43,155 bases of DNA from Candidatus Woesearchaeota archaeon (GTDB lineage: Archaea > Nanobdellota > Nanobdellia > Woesearchaeales > GW2011-AR15): NCBI GenBank assembly GCA_038874655.1, contig JAVZBY010000009.1:1-43155 (forward strand), read 5' to 3'. Both the position numbers and the translations under genes were made by a program. Under the pieces are notes generated by a model. The model was not told the DNA's origin. It made no database searches and saw only the letters and a program-made list of their open reading frames with translations. Every line of letters begins with the position of its first letter. The first letter of the stretch is position 1. Of the stretch, positions 27,463-37,712 are shown piece after piece.

Positions 27463-29130
27463 ATGTCAAATATGTCTATTAATTTAAAACAAAAAGAAGA
27501 TGATTTATTTGGATTAAAAGGTTTAAGTCTAGAACAATTATGTTCAGAAATAGATAAAGAATTATCCGATAGTTTATGGTGTGAAAATTTTGAGGAGAGT
27601 TTTTTCTATGCTTTATCAAAAGAATTAAAAAAAGTTCCTTATTTATTAACTGGGTTTATTAATAGTCTTTTTGCCAGAGTAAATCCTGTAATTATGGATA
27701 ATTCTTTTCCTAGACCTTTTTTAGATTTAGAAACAAAAGAAATAAAAACTAAATATGATGACCCTGGGAATTTAGCAAGAATAATATCTAATCTTACAGG
27801 AATTTCTTCTCAAGAATTACCTAAATGGTTAACACATAATTTAGAACAATACAAAGAATATCATCAATTACGAATATATGCATTAACACAAGAATTAATA
27901 AAAAAATTAAAAGAAAATAAAAATAAGTCTTATTTGGTTGATAAACTAGAAGGTTTGATAAATAAGTTTTATAGATATAAAAAAATAGATTATTTAGATT
28001 TAAATAGTATTATTAGAACACTTAATTCTAAAAAAAATAATCCTCCTATAAATAATATACATAGGTTAATAGTTACATCCATAATTACATTAGCATTAGC
28101 TGGTCTTAGTGGTGTTATGACTTATAATTCTGTATATAATAAGCTTCAAGAATCTGATAAAAATAGAACTTATGAAATTGCAGAACAAATACCTCCATCA
28201 CTAGATCCAATGCATGGTGCTGTTCCTTTATCTATTCAAATAGGGAATCTATCTGGAATAGCAGATAGATGTTATATGTCTTTATATGATGGGGAAGGTA
28301 ATTTTAATGACGAATTTCCTAAATTTTTAGATAATCTTTCAACAGCAAAAGAACAAGCAAAAATAGTTATTTCTGTATATAGAGACCCAAATCTTCAAAG
28401 AGCAGTTTCTTCAATAGAAATAGGTTTTGGAAGAATAGTAAATAGTATTAGCGAAAGTATAAGAAATGAAGTTTATAATGAATGTGATGATGAAGGCCAT
28501 TGTGAGAGTCAGTGTAAAAAAAGGGTCTTTATTCTTAGTAAAAATCAAGAATCTATAACTTGGGGTTTTGGAGAAATGTGGTATGGACTAGAAACAATTG
28601 TTAATGGGAAACCTTTTAAAGATATTACTTTTCATGAAATAAAACCTGGACCTAATGCTAATAATTCTATTGTTCTTATTTATAAAAATGCCGGTTCATC
28701 ACTTCTTATAATTAGAAATGACTTAGAAGATTATGAAAGAAAAATTGCAAGTTATCCGGATTTTGAAGAAAAAGTAGATTATAATTGCATTTCTTTAAGT
28801 GCTTCTTGGGGGCCTAAGGAGGAAATAAATAAATTAGAACCTTATATAAACAATATTACTAGTTTAAACAGAATTCCAGAAAAGCTAGAAAAATTTTTAG
28901 ATTTATCTGAAAAATATGAGGAAATGCTAAAAAACGCTAAGTCAGATAAAGAAAGAGCTAGGATTCTAGGTGATTATTCTATAGAACTACATAGAATATT
29001 CGGGTATCCAGGAGAGGGACATTTATTTCAAAGAGAAATTAACCTTATTTCATATGGTGCTGGAACGCTGATATTTTTTTTTGTTTTAGGTGGGGGTTAC
29101 ATTATATATAAAACATTTATAGAGTTTTAA
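27463..29130 (+). CDS. Hypothetical membrane protein with two TM helices and a large loop
   Basis: Long ORF; hydrophobic segments LIVTSIITLALAGLSGVM and GAGTLIFFFVLGGGYII; CDDEGHC motif. Confidence 0.75.
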   Translation: MSNMSINLKQKEDDLFGLKGLSLEQLCSEIDKELSDSLWCENFEESFFYALSKELKKVPYLLTGFINSLFARVNPVIMDNSFPRPFLDLETKEIKTKYDDPGNLARIISNLTGISSQELPKWLTHNLEQYKEYHQLRIYALTQELIKKLKENKNKSYLVDKLEGLINKFYRYKKIDYLDLNSIIRTLNSKKNNPPINNIHRLIVTSIITLALAGLSGVMTYNSVYNKLQESDKNRTYEIAEQIPPSLDPMHGAVPLSIQIGNLSGIADRCYMSLYDGEGNFNDEFPKFLDNLSTAKEQAKIVISVYRDPNLQRAVSSIEIGFGRIVNSISESIRNEVYNECDDEGHCESQCKKRVFILSKNQESITWGFGEMWYGLETIVNGKPFKDITFHEIKPGPNANNSIVLIYKNAGSSLLIIRNDLEDYERKIASYPDFEEKVDYNCISLSASWGPKEEINKLEPYINNITSLNRIPEKLEKFLDLSEKYEEMLKNAKSDKERARILGDYSIELHRIFGYPGEGHLFQREINLISYGAGTLIFFFVLGGGYIIYKTFIEF

Positions 29131-29257
29131 ATGTCCAAATTTAAAATAGTTTGATTTTTAACAAAAAGGTTAGAATTTTACTAAAAAACTACAACCAAAT
29201 TTAAACCTATTAAAGCATTTAAATATTTATTCTATTTTTATAGTATTGGTGATATAA

Positions 29258-29935
29258 ATGAGAAATATATCAAAAATAATATTTTTAGCTTTTTTAGCTT
29301 TGTTTTTTGTATCTGCATGTCAAATTAACAATCCAGAAAATAATATAATAAAAGAAGAAAATGAGAGATATGATTGCTTAAATGGCTATTCTTGGAATGA
29401 AAAAATTGATGCTTGTATTAAAAATTTAGAATTAGATGAAAGTCAACTTAAAGCAGTACAAATTGCTGTTGCACCATTAAGTTATAAACCTGTGCATATA
29501 GAGAGAGTTGAGACATTAAGATGTCCAGGCTGTTTTATAATTACATTAATATATAATAACAATCAAATTAGAGATATAAAATTAATAAATTGGAAAATAT
29601 CTAAAGAGGATATACAATTTTGCAGTGAAGAAGAAAAAAAAGGAGTTATTTGCACTTTAGAGTATATTCCTGTTTGTGGAGATAACGGAAAAACATATAG
29701 TAATAAATGTGCAGCTTGTGGAAGCAAAGAAATAGATTACTATTACTTAGGGGAATGTAATGAAACAAAAAATAAAGAAACAAATCAAGATTATGAGATT
29801 GATGAAAAAAAGAGAGATTGCAAAGAATGCCCTTTATTAAGTCAACCAAGCCCTGATTTCTGTAAATACGGAACTATTGTTGCAGGAGAAATTGATGAGT
29901 GTGGTTGCCAAGGCCCACCAAAGTGTGTTTATTAA
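29258..29935 (+). CDS. Predicted lipoprotein with a Kazal-type protease inhibitor domain
   Basis: Lipobox-like FVSAC; CTLEYIPVCGDNGKTYSNKC...GEC; SD GGTGA. Confidence 0.85.
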   Translation: MRNISKIIFLAFLALFFVSACQINNPENNIIKEENERYDCLNGYSWNEKIDACIKNLELDESQLKAVQIAVAPLSYKPVHIERVETLRCPGCFIITLIYNNNQIRDIKLINWKISKEDIQFCSEEEKKGVICTLEYIPVCGDNGKTYSNKCAACGSKEIDYYYLGECNETKNKETNQDYEIDEKKRDCKECPLLSQPSPDFCKYGTIVAGEIDECGCQGPPKCVY

Positions 29936-30003
29936 GTGTGTATAAGTATAAAAGTAAATAAAAATTTTATAAGATATTTTTTAGAAAATAGGATATTATG
30001 AAA

Positions 30004-30120
30004 CTAATAACTTTTTATTATTTCTTTGTTATAATCCATAAACCATGAGTTTTTACACTCATCTGAACAAAATATTGTATCATTTGTTTCTTTTCTACAT
30101 GTTCTACATATATTTACCAT
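30004..30120 (-). CDS. 38-aa zinc-finger microprotein (TRASH/FCS-like), absent from the ORF track
   Basis: MVNICRTCRKETNDTIFCSDECKNSWFMDYNKEIIKSY; TTTAAATA box about 25 nt upstream. Confidence 0.7.
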   Translation of the reverse strand: MVNICRTCRKETNDTIFCSDECKNSWFMDYNKEIIKSY

Positions 30121-30172
30121 AAAAGCTAAATCTATTTTGTTATATTTAAATCTTTTGTTTTTTAACCACTTA

Positions 30173-30964
30173 TTAGTAGTTAAATTTATTAATGTTTTTT
30201 TGTTGGTTATTTTTTAAAAAGAATTCATGTATTTTTCCTCTTTGCCAATCATATAATAAAGAACGAGCCATTCGTTTTAAATCAGGAGTATTTCCTTTTA
30301 ATAATATTTTTTTTGAGATTGCTATTTTTTCTAAAAAGGTATAAGAATCGTTTTCATAGGTTAGGTTATAGTATTTTTCAAACAATTTTGGTTGTAGGTC
30401 AATTAGTCTCATTGCAAAATATTCTGGTTCTTTTAGATGCTCTGGATTTTTTGAACCAATAATTACTTGTTTTTCAATACTTTTTTCTGGATCTTTTTCA
30501 TCAAATGGCAAAACACCTGGCGTGTCTATTAATTTTAATTTACCTCTTTTTACAAATTGAATTCCTTTTGTATGGCCAGAAACAGGACTTACAGAAGCTG
30601 ATTTTTGCCCTTTTAATAAGTTTATAACTGAACTTTTTCCCACATTTGGATAACCTAAAATTCCTATTACGCTTTCCTTACCTTTAACTAATTCCATTAT
30701 TTTTTTATAAAGAATTGTGCCACCTAATTTTTTTGTAGATGAAACAAACACACTAGGTTTAAAATTTTTTTTAATCTCTTCTGCTTGTTCTTTTGTTATT
30801 AAATCACATTTATTTAACACATAAAGTAATTTTTTATTCTTCTGTTTAATTTTTAATTCTATTTCTTTGTGTCTAGTTAATTCTGGCATTCTTGAATCTA
30901 AAATTAGTAATAATAAATCTGATTCATCAATAACTTTATTTACTAAATTCCAATAATTTGCCAT
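30173..30964 (-). CDS. Circularly permuted ribosome biogenesis GTPase (RbgA/YlqF family)
   Basis: G4 NKCD precedes G1 GYPNVGKSS, G2 GHT and G3 DTPG. Confidence 0.92.
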   Translation of the reverse strand: MANYWNLVNKVIDESDLLLLILDSRMPELTRHKEIELKIKQKNKKLLYVLNKCDLITKEQAEEIKKNFKPSVFVSSTKKLGGTILYKKIMELVKGKESVIGILGYPNVGKSSVINLLKGQKSASVSPVSGHTKGIQFVKRGKLKLIDTPGVLPFDEKDPEKSIEKQVIIGSKNPEHLKEPEYFAMRLIDLQPKLFEKYYNLTYENDSYTFLEKIAISKKILLKGNTPDLKRMARSLLYDWQRGKIHEFFLKNNQQKNINKFNY

Positions 30965-31107
30965 GTTTTATTTAAAGAATTTTTTTACAATTATAAAATA
31001 TACTTTTTAATTAATTTCTAGTGTTTAAATTAAGTATCATTTTAATATACATTTTTAATATACTAATATACGAAAATTTTAAATAGTAAGAGTTTATTAT
31101 AAGTAAT

Positions 31108-31776
31108 ATGACTATTTGGACTCCTAAAGCAGATGTTGGTATTAAAAGCCAATGGGCGCCTCAAAAAGATGGTAGATGGGATGAGTCCAATATTTTAGTT
31201 TATAGCACACAAATAAAGCAAGAGAGAATAATTCATTTAGAGAATGTTTATAGATATATGTGGCATTATTTTAGTGAAGAAGGTTGGAATGCTTCTGAAA
31301 GTATTGGAGATGTTGATGATAACAAAAGATATGAAGTTTTTTTTGGTGAATATAGGGATAGTCAAGGTCATAAAGAAATAAGATTTTGGTGGAGAATGCA
31401 AAAAAATTGTGGTGGTATTGCTGGTGTTCATAACTATTTTTTATACAAAGTTTATGTTGATGTTTTAACAACTAATATGAAAAGAATTGAAATGACTTAT
31501 AAAGGTAAAAAAATAAAACCTTATGTTGGAGAATTTATATTATGGTTTAATTCAATCTTAGTTTTAGATAGAAATGGTTGGTTTAAAAAAGATGGTCCTT
31601 TAAGTGTTTTTGCAGATTTCTTCCCAAGAATGATATATAAAGATAGGATAAGGGAACAAGAAATTGAATTAAGAAGGTTTTCTGAAAGATTTATTGAAGA
31701 TTTAAAGTTCTTTATTGGTTTGAATAGATTAAATGCTGTCAGACAACCCCTAGAACCAGAAAAAGAATGGTTCTAA
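31108..31776 (+). CDS. Hypothetical protein, Trp/aromatic-rich
   Basis: 222-aa ORF with TTTAAATA about 25 nt upstream; no family recognised. Confidence 0.75.
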   Translation: MTIWTPKADVGIKSQWAPQKDGRWDESNILVYSTQIKQERIIHLENVYRYMWHYFSEEGWNASESIGDVDDNKRYEVFFGEYRDSQGHKEIRFWWRMQKNCGGIAGVHNYFLYKVYVDVLTTNMKRIEMTYKGKKIKPYVGEFILWFNSILVLDRNGWFKKDGPLSVFADFFPRMIYKDRIREQEIELRRFSERFIEDLKFFIGLNRLNAVRQPLEPEKEWF

Positions 31777-31842
31777 GAATATAGAAACTAAAAAAATAAT
31801 TATAAAAAATTAAAAAACAAGATATATAATCTTATTTTTATC

Positions 31843-34800
31843 TTATTTCAGAACATAGCTAAAGTCAATTGTACTATTATCATTTAAAGTTATTCTATAA
31901 TTGTATCTATATGCTAAAAATCCTATTAAGTTCTTTGTATTTATGTTAAATATCCATAGCTTATCTTTGTCATCCCATCTAAATTCATTAAAAGGTGTGG
32001 TTGAAATAATTTCTTCTTCTGTTATCTCTACAAAAGGATTAGTTAAAGAACTTTTTAATAATTTAAATTCCTTAACTATGCCAGGTGTATTAATTGAATT
32101 TCCATTTGCATCACAGACCCTAAATTTTGCAGGGACAGTGCTTTTTTGTTTGAAAACACTTGTACCATCTGCTCTAATTGGAGGTAAAATTTGATGACCT
32201 GGCATATCTAGACATAATCCATCTGGAGCATATATTACTCTGTAATTTAATAATGTCTCTCTTTTATTACCCACATTATCAAAAGCAAAACAATTTATTG
32301 ATTTTTCTCCAACACTATTTAAGTCTAATTCTTCACATGCTTGATTAAATAAACCTGAACCATAATCAACTGCGTTTAAAGTTATTGTTGCATTTCCATT
32401 TAATATTATTGGATTTGGCTCTACTATTGGATTTAAAATTGGTGCTTTTTTGTCAATTTTATTTCCTTCAACAGTTATTGGATAAACACAATTTCCAACT
32501 AAATCACAAACTTCTTCATTTGAAAATGCAACTGCATTATCTGTTTCTGTTTCTTCAGAAACATCTGTTTTTAATTTAATCTCTTGTGTTTCTGGACCAG
32601 AACCATAATCACTATAATTACATAAAATTTCTACATCTTCTTTGTGCCATAAACCATCTGGCTCTTCACATGACAATAATTCAGGGGATTTTTTATCTAC
32701 TTTAATATTATAAAAAGGCCCAGCTATAACACAATTATTTAATTTATCACATACATTAAAAGTATTTGTAGATGCATTGTTTGTTTCAATTCCAATATCA
32801 ACAGTAGTAGTTAAATTGAAAATATCATAATCAATACCAACTCCATTATCAGCAACAGAACAGAGTATCAAGACATTTTCATTATTCCAATTATCATCAG
32901 GCATTTGGCATTCAAATGTAGGCGATTTTCTATCTATTTTAAATTTAAAAGGACCAATAATTACACAATTTCCAGCATTATCACACACTTCTTTAGTGTT
33001 TGTTTCTGCATTATCAGTTTCAATACCTTGCTCAATATTTGTGGTTAAAACAATTATATTATCTCCTGAAAATCCTGAAAAATGATCAGAAACATTACAA
33101 ATTACATTTACATTATCATTATACCATTTATATTCTGGAATCTCACACTCTACAATAGGAGCACTTTTATCAATTTTAATTATATCATATTTAATTTCCT
33201 CAACATTTCCATAATCACTAAAATTAATATTTTCATAAGTTCCATTTCCAAATCCACTATTATCAACACTTAAATACCTAAGATAATTAATTCCTTCATT
33301 TGATATTAGAATTTGATTTCCTTGATGATTTGGTTGACATATATTTTCATTATCTATGCAATAATAAGTTGCTTGAACACCGCATATATTATCTATAGAG
33401 CTTAAATTTACTATAATATCTGTGTTTTGCCATTCATTTGGAACATTACTTGTAGTTATTGGTGGTTCTTGATCATGTTCATCTATTAAATTATTACAAT
33501 CATTATCTTTTCTATCGCAAATTTCTGGGTTTCCAGAAAAGATATCAGCATCTAAATCATTACAATCTCCGCATGTTAAGCTATAATTATCTAAGTCATT
33601 ATCTTCTTCACAAGATACTTGACAGGTGTTTTGTGTACATGTAAAAAGAGCTGAACAATAGTTATTTACAAATTCTGGAAAATCACCAAAGATATTTACA
33701 GAACAGCCAGAACCACAACCATCATTTGGACATATAGTTGGCTCACAATCTTGGTTTTGTGTATCATCAAAAATAGGATTTCCATTTTCATCACAAATAG
33801 CACATATTCCTGCATCATTTCCAAAACTTGTGCAATTACTCCAAACGCCATAGAAACAAGTTCTTGTTCCTAAGCATAATCCTGAACCACATTCACTTAT
33901 TAAATTTTCATCAATTAAATTATTGCAATTATTATCCTTATTATCACAAGATTCATTATTATTAGGAAAGTTTAAAGGATCATTGTCATTACAATCACAA
34001 AGTTTACCTGCTCCATCCTTATCATTATCTAATTGATCTGGATTAAGAACAAAAGGACAATTATCACATGCATCTCCGTATTTGTCTGTAAGAGAATTAT
34101 AATCCCTATTAAAATTTAATTTAATATCATCAAAATAAGCATATTGCCCATAAACTCTAGAATAATCCCAACCACCTATTTTTAATCTAAACCTTGAAGA
34201 TGAACTCATTGCTGTTGTTGGCTCTGATCTAACTAAAACACCATTTTCCCAATATTCTATAGAATTTCTCTTTACTACAAATTTAAAGTTCACATACTCT
34301 CTTGGCAAAGTTCTGGATTGTTCTGTTGAACTAGTTGAGGATAAAATAAACCTAATTCTAGAACCATAAGCAGCATAACCAACACCAACATTATTATTTG
34401 TGGAAGCATCTTGAAGCAATAACAGCATTTCTGCTGTAGAGGCAGGATTAAATTTCCATTTTCCTTCAATTGTTATGTTCTGCCATACTGAATTAACAAT
34501 GTCCCTGGAAACCAAATAAATATGATAATCTGGACTTCCTCCTTTTCCGAGAATATTAAATCTAGCTTCTTGGTTTATTTCTTCAAAAACACTATCCCCA
34601 ACTTTATCAAACATAGGCCATTTTGTTGTGTTTAATAAGTTATCATTAAAATTATCTTCAAAAGAACTTTCTAATCTATCAGAATCTTTTTGGTCTGGAT
34701 TATATGCATAAGGACAATTATCACATACATCACCTATACCATCTTGATCAACATCTTTTTGGTTTGGATTATATAGATAAGGACAGTTATCGCAAACATC

Positions 34801-36075
34801 TCCGATCCCATCTTTATCATCATCATTCTGATCAGAATTAAATATATAAGGACAATTATCGCAAACATCACCAAAAATATCATTATCAATATTTAATTGG
34901 TCTGGATTATATATTAAAACACAATTATCATTTCCAGTACATTCATTTGAATAAAAGTTTTTTCTGCAAATACCATCATGATCAATATCAGGAAGCCAAC
35001 CATAAGGAATAATAAAAGGATAAATGTCTTTTCCTGTATCAAAAATAGAATAATTTGTATCTCCAATACTATCACCATCTATATCTTTTCCTTTGTAATC
35101 ACTCCAATAATTACCACCATTAGGATAACCATCGTCAAAATAATTTTGAGTATTAGAATAATAATTTCTTAATTGGTTTATATTATCAATAAAATTATTA
35201 TGGTATATTTTATTATTAGAAGAATATCTATCTAAATAAACACCATAAGAAGAGTTTAAAATATTATTTTTTGTTATTAAATGCCTTTGTCCTAGAGAAG
35301 TATAAATTCCAAATGTTGTTTTGTTTATCTGATTGTTTATAATTGTAATATTATAACTATTATAAGTAAAAATTCCATAATTTACATTTTGAATCTTACA
35401 ATTTTGGATAGTGATGTTTTTTTTACTATACAAATAGATTCCATTCTCTGTAGTAGGTTGTATTACATGATCATTACAATCCAAAGTTATAGTGTCATTT
35501 GTTATTTCTATTGTTTCCATTATGTTTGTTGTTAATGTACATTTTTTTTGCATATTATCCCAAATTCCTATCTTTACACAATCTCCACCTGTAGAATTAT
35601 CCCTAATAAACTTTGTAGAGGGTTTATTTTGAATCCAAACATGTTTCGGATAACCTTCTATTGAGAAATTTATTTTTCCTTGGCAATCTTCACAATCTTT
35701 TTCAGCAGGAATGGTTTGCTTATTTTCATAAGTATTTTCATACAAGTAATATTCTTTATCAGGAATTAATCCATAAACTGAGAAATCTGTTTTCCCTTCT
35801 AATTCATCTATTAGCATATCAACTCTTTCAATTTCATCTGTGCCTAAAACCAAAACACTCATTTTTACGCTTTTATTTGTTTCAATAAAAATTGCAGGCG
35901 TCTTAGTAATAAAAGTTGTATTCAAAGTATCTAAAATTTCAAAATTCGGAAAATCTATTTTTTCAACTTTTTCTAGGTTTTCATTTGTATCAAAAAATTC
36001 ATTTTCCTTTTGCTGTGCAAAAGAAAAACTTAAAAAAAATATAACTAAAAAGAAATAGATTGTACTTTTTTTCAT
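31843..36075 (-). CDS. Large secreted multidomain protein: NosD/beta-helix, TSP3 repeats, ConA/LamG-like insert, MopE-like Cys repeats, Ig-like repeats, PxKF-like C-terminus
   Basis: [14 protein letters not shown] signal at ATG 36075 after GGGGGGT; GNYWSDY; CDNCP..NPDQ.D.D.DG; DCND....P...E.CD.KDN.C; KID...P repeats; VPAKF. Confidence 0.85.
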   Translation of the reverse strand: MKKSTIYFFLVIFFLSFSFAQQKENEFFDTNENLEKVEKIDFPNFEILDTLNTTFITKTPAIFIETNKSVKMSVLVLGTDEIERVDMLIDELEGKTDFSVYGLIPDKEYYLYENTYENKQTIPAEKDCEDCQGKINFSIEGYPKHVWIQNKPSTKFIRDNSTGGDCVKIGIWDNMQKKCTLTTNIMETIEITNDTITLDCNDHVIQPTTENGIYLYSKKNITIQNCKIQNVNYGIFTYNSYNITIINNQINKTTFGIYTSLGQRHLITKNNILNSSYGVYLDRYSSNNKIYHNNFIDNINQLRNYYSNTQNYFDDGYPNGGNYWSDYKGKDIDGDSIGDTNYSIFDTGKDIYPFIIPYGWLPDIDHDGICRKNFYSNECTGNDNCVLIYNPDQLNIDNDIFGDVCDNCPYIFNSDQNDDDKDGIGDVCDNCPYLYNPNQKDVDQDGIGDVCDNCPYAYNPDQKDSDRLESSFEDNFNDNLLNTTKWPMFDKVGDSVFEEINQEARFNILGKGGSPDYHIYLVSRDIVNSVWQNITIEGKWKFNPASTAEMLLLLQDASTNNNVGVGYAAYGSRIRFILSSTSSTEQSRTLPREYVNFKFVVKRNSIEYWENGVLVRSEPTTAMSSSSRFRLKIGGWDYSRVYGQYAYFDDIKLNFNRDYNSLTDKYGDACDNCPFVLNPDQLDNDKDGAGKLCDCNDNDPLNFPNNNESCDNKDNNCNNLIDENLISECGSGLCLGTRTCFYGVWSNCTSFGNDAGICAICDENGNPIFDDTQNQDCEPTICPNDGCGSGCSVNIFGDFPEFVNNYCSALFTCTQNTCQVSCEEDNDLDNYSLTCGDCNDLDADIFSGNPEICDRKDNDCNNLIDEHDQEPPITTSNVPNEWQNTDIIVNLSSIDNICGVQATYYCIDNENICQPNHQGNQILISNEGINYLRYLSVDNSGFGNGTYENINFSDYGNVEEIKYDIIKIDKSAPIVECEIPEYKWYNDNVNVICNVSDHFSGFSGDNIIVLTTNIEQGIETDNAETNTKEVCDNAGNCVIIGPFKFKIDRKSPTFECQMPDDNWNNENVLILCSVADNGVGIDYDIFNLTTTVDIGIETNNASTNTFNVCDKLNNCVIAGPFYNIKVDKKSPELLSCEEPDGLWHKEDVEILCNYSDYGSGPETQEIKLKTDVSEETETDNAVAFSNEEVCDLVGNCVYPITVEGNKIDKKAPILNPIVEPNPIILNGNATITLNAVDYGSGLFNQACEELDLNSVGEKSINCFAFDNVGNKRETLLNYRVIYAPDGLCLDMPGHQILPPIRADGTSVFKQKSTVPAKFRVCDANGNSINTPGIVKEFKLLKSSLTNPFVEITEEEIISTTPFNEFRWDDKDKLWIFNINTKNLIGFLAYRYNYRITLNDNSTIDFSYVLK

Positions 36076-36237
36076 TGTAGACCCCCCGAAAAGAATATAT
36101 AATATATATAAGTATATATAAGTTATATAAAAAGATTGCTGAATTTTATATTTAGATAAAAATTTAATAATATAATAAGATATTATAATAAAAAAGTAAT
36201 GAAAAAATACTTGCAAAAAAATTAAAAAAAGTGAATA

Positions 36238-36310
36238 AGCCTCCGAAGGGAGTTGCACCCTCGACCTGCGGATTACAAGTCCGCCGCAATAGCTACTATG
36301 CTACGGAGGC
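36238..36310 (-). tRNA. tRNA-Thr(TGT), intronless
   Basis: GCCTCCG/CGGAGGC, GCGGA-CT-TGT-AA-TCCGC, GAGGG-TGCAACT-CCCTT. Confidence 0.9.
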
Positions 36311-36463
36311 ATATATAAAAATTATTAAACTAATAGGGTTTTGAATTTTATTTATATTTAAAAAAGTTTTCATAGATATTTATAAAGATTTAATTTAAAA
36401 AATTTTAAAAAAACAAAAAGAAAAAAAATTTATTATAAGAAAATGATTTTTAGAATTATTTTA

Positions 36464-36622
36464 TCAATTTTTCTTATGATTTTGATAACATGTCCTACAA
36501 TAGACAGGTTTGCCTTCTATAGGTTTAAAAGGAACTTCTGTTTCCTGACCACAGTCAGAGCAAATTGCTTTATGCATTTGCCTGTTGAAGTTTCTAAAAC
36601 CTTGGCTTTTCATATATGCCAT
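36464..36622 (-). CDS. CxxC-x17-CxxC domain protein (52 aa), absent from the ORF track
   Basis: RQMHKAICSDCGQETEVPFKPIEGKPVYCRTCY; SD AAGGTGA. Confidence 0.92.
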   Translation of the reverse strand: MAYMKSQGFRNFNRQMHKAICSDCGQETEVPFKPIEGKPVYCRTCYQNHKKN

Positions 36623-36645
36623 TATTTCACCTTATATATATTTAA

Positions 36646-36698
36646 TGAAAATTCATAACCTAACTAACTCTTATAGAATTAGCTGTTATAAATTATCA
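36646..36698 (-). promoter_or_regulatory. Long hairpin in the predicted 5' leader of the CxxC-x17-CxxC gene
   Basis: About 22 bp including three G-U pairs that form only on the minus (mRNA) strand; TTTATAAA box near 36722-36729. Confidence 0.55.
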
Positions 36699-36836
36699 CA
36701 AATTAATGAAAAAGAGAGATATTTATAAATGTATTTAAATTGCATTTTTTCTAATTATAGAAAATAATTTAAATTATTTTAGTTTTCGGCTTATATAAAA
36801 ACCTTATAAAAAAATTGTTAAAGATATTATTAAAAT

Positions 36837-36932
36837 GGGACCTTAGCTCAGCCTGGGAGAGCACTACGCTGAAGATAAAATATTATAAAATCTGAAACGT
36901 AGGTGTCCGGGATTCAAATTCCCGAGGTCCCA
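36837..36932 (+). tRNA. tRNA-Phe(GAA) with 22-nt intron (36875-36896)
   Basis: GGGACCT/AGGTCCC, CTACG-CT-GAA-G|intron|A-CGTAG, CGGGA-TTCAAAT-TCCCG. Confidence 0.92.
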
Positions 36933-36964
36933 TCTATTATTATAAAATTTAATGAAATAAATAA

Positions 36965-37062
36965 GGGCCCATAGCTTAGCCTGGTGGAGCGCTCGACTGA
37001 TATCCAAAAGCTATAAAAGGCAAGAAATCGAGAGGTCGCCAGTTCAAATCTGGTTGGGCCCA
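36965..37062 (+). tRNA. tRNA-Ile(GAT) with 24-nt intron (37003-37026)
   Basis: GGGCCCA/TGGGCCC, CTCGA-CT-GAT-A|intron|A-TCGAG; probably co-transcribed with tRNA-Phe; T-tract follows. Confidence 0.92.
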
Positions 37063-37158
37063 CTTTTTTATTTGTGAATTTTTTATTTTATATTTTCTTA
37101 TTATTATAAAATGTTTTAAGAAAATTATAAAAAAATAAGATTATTTATTTTTATTATA

Positions 37159-37596
37159 ATGTCTTTAATTATAATTTCTGTTGGAAAATTAAAAAATAAT
37201 TTCATAAAAGAACTTATAAAGGATTATTTAAAAAGATTGAACAAACTGAAAATTGAATTTATTGAAATTAAAGAAACTAATCCAATAAAAGAAAAAGAAG
37301 ATATATTAAATAAAATTACTAAAATAGACAATAAGAATATTTTTTTACTTAGTGAGGAAGGTAAATTATTGGATTCCTATGGATTTACAAATATTTTAAA
37401 AGATAGTTTACTAAATAATACAAATTTAGTATTTGTTATAGGGAATTATTATGGAATTGATATTTCCTTAAAAGAGAAATTTCCAATTTTATCTCTATCA
37501 AAAATGACATTCACTCATGAAATAGCAAGGTTATTGCTAATAGAACAAATTTACAGAGCATATACAATAATAAATAATCTTCCCTACCATAAATAA
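37159..37596 (+). CDS. rlmH: 23S rRNA m3-pseudouridine-1915 methyltransferase
   Basis: SVGKLK, FVIG..YG, LSLSKMTFTHE.ARL.L.EQIYRA..I....PYHK. Confidence 0.93.
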   Translation: MSLIIISVGKLKNNFIKELIKDYLKRLNKLKIEFIEIKETNPIKEKEDILNKITKIDNKNIFLLSEEGKLLDSYGFTNILKDSLLNNTNLVFVIGNYYGIDISLKEKFPILSLSKMTFTHEIARLLLIEQIYRAYTIINNLPYHK

Positions 37597-37712
37597 GAAT
37601 TAATATTATAATAAATTATAAGTTAATATCTTCACTGATTTTGTTATAATTTATATAATCTTTTTGTATTATAACAATTAAGTTTTTTAATTTATTTAAA
37701 ATCCCAATATTA

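Noticed and set aside
36076-36258. N-terminal extension of the 1471-aa ORF
   Set aside because: It overlaps tRNA-Thr and AT-rich promoter DNA; SD and signal peptide point to ATG 36075
36443-36658. 71-aa plus-strand ORF
   Set aside because: Shadow of the real minus-strand CxxC-x17-CxxC gene
37575-37680. rlmH 3' end as an SCC-like integration site, with AT-rich inverted repeats downstream
   Set aside because: No duplicated rlmH end or recombinase in the window, and the repeats are low complexity
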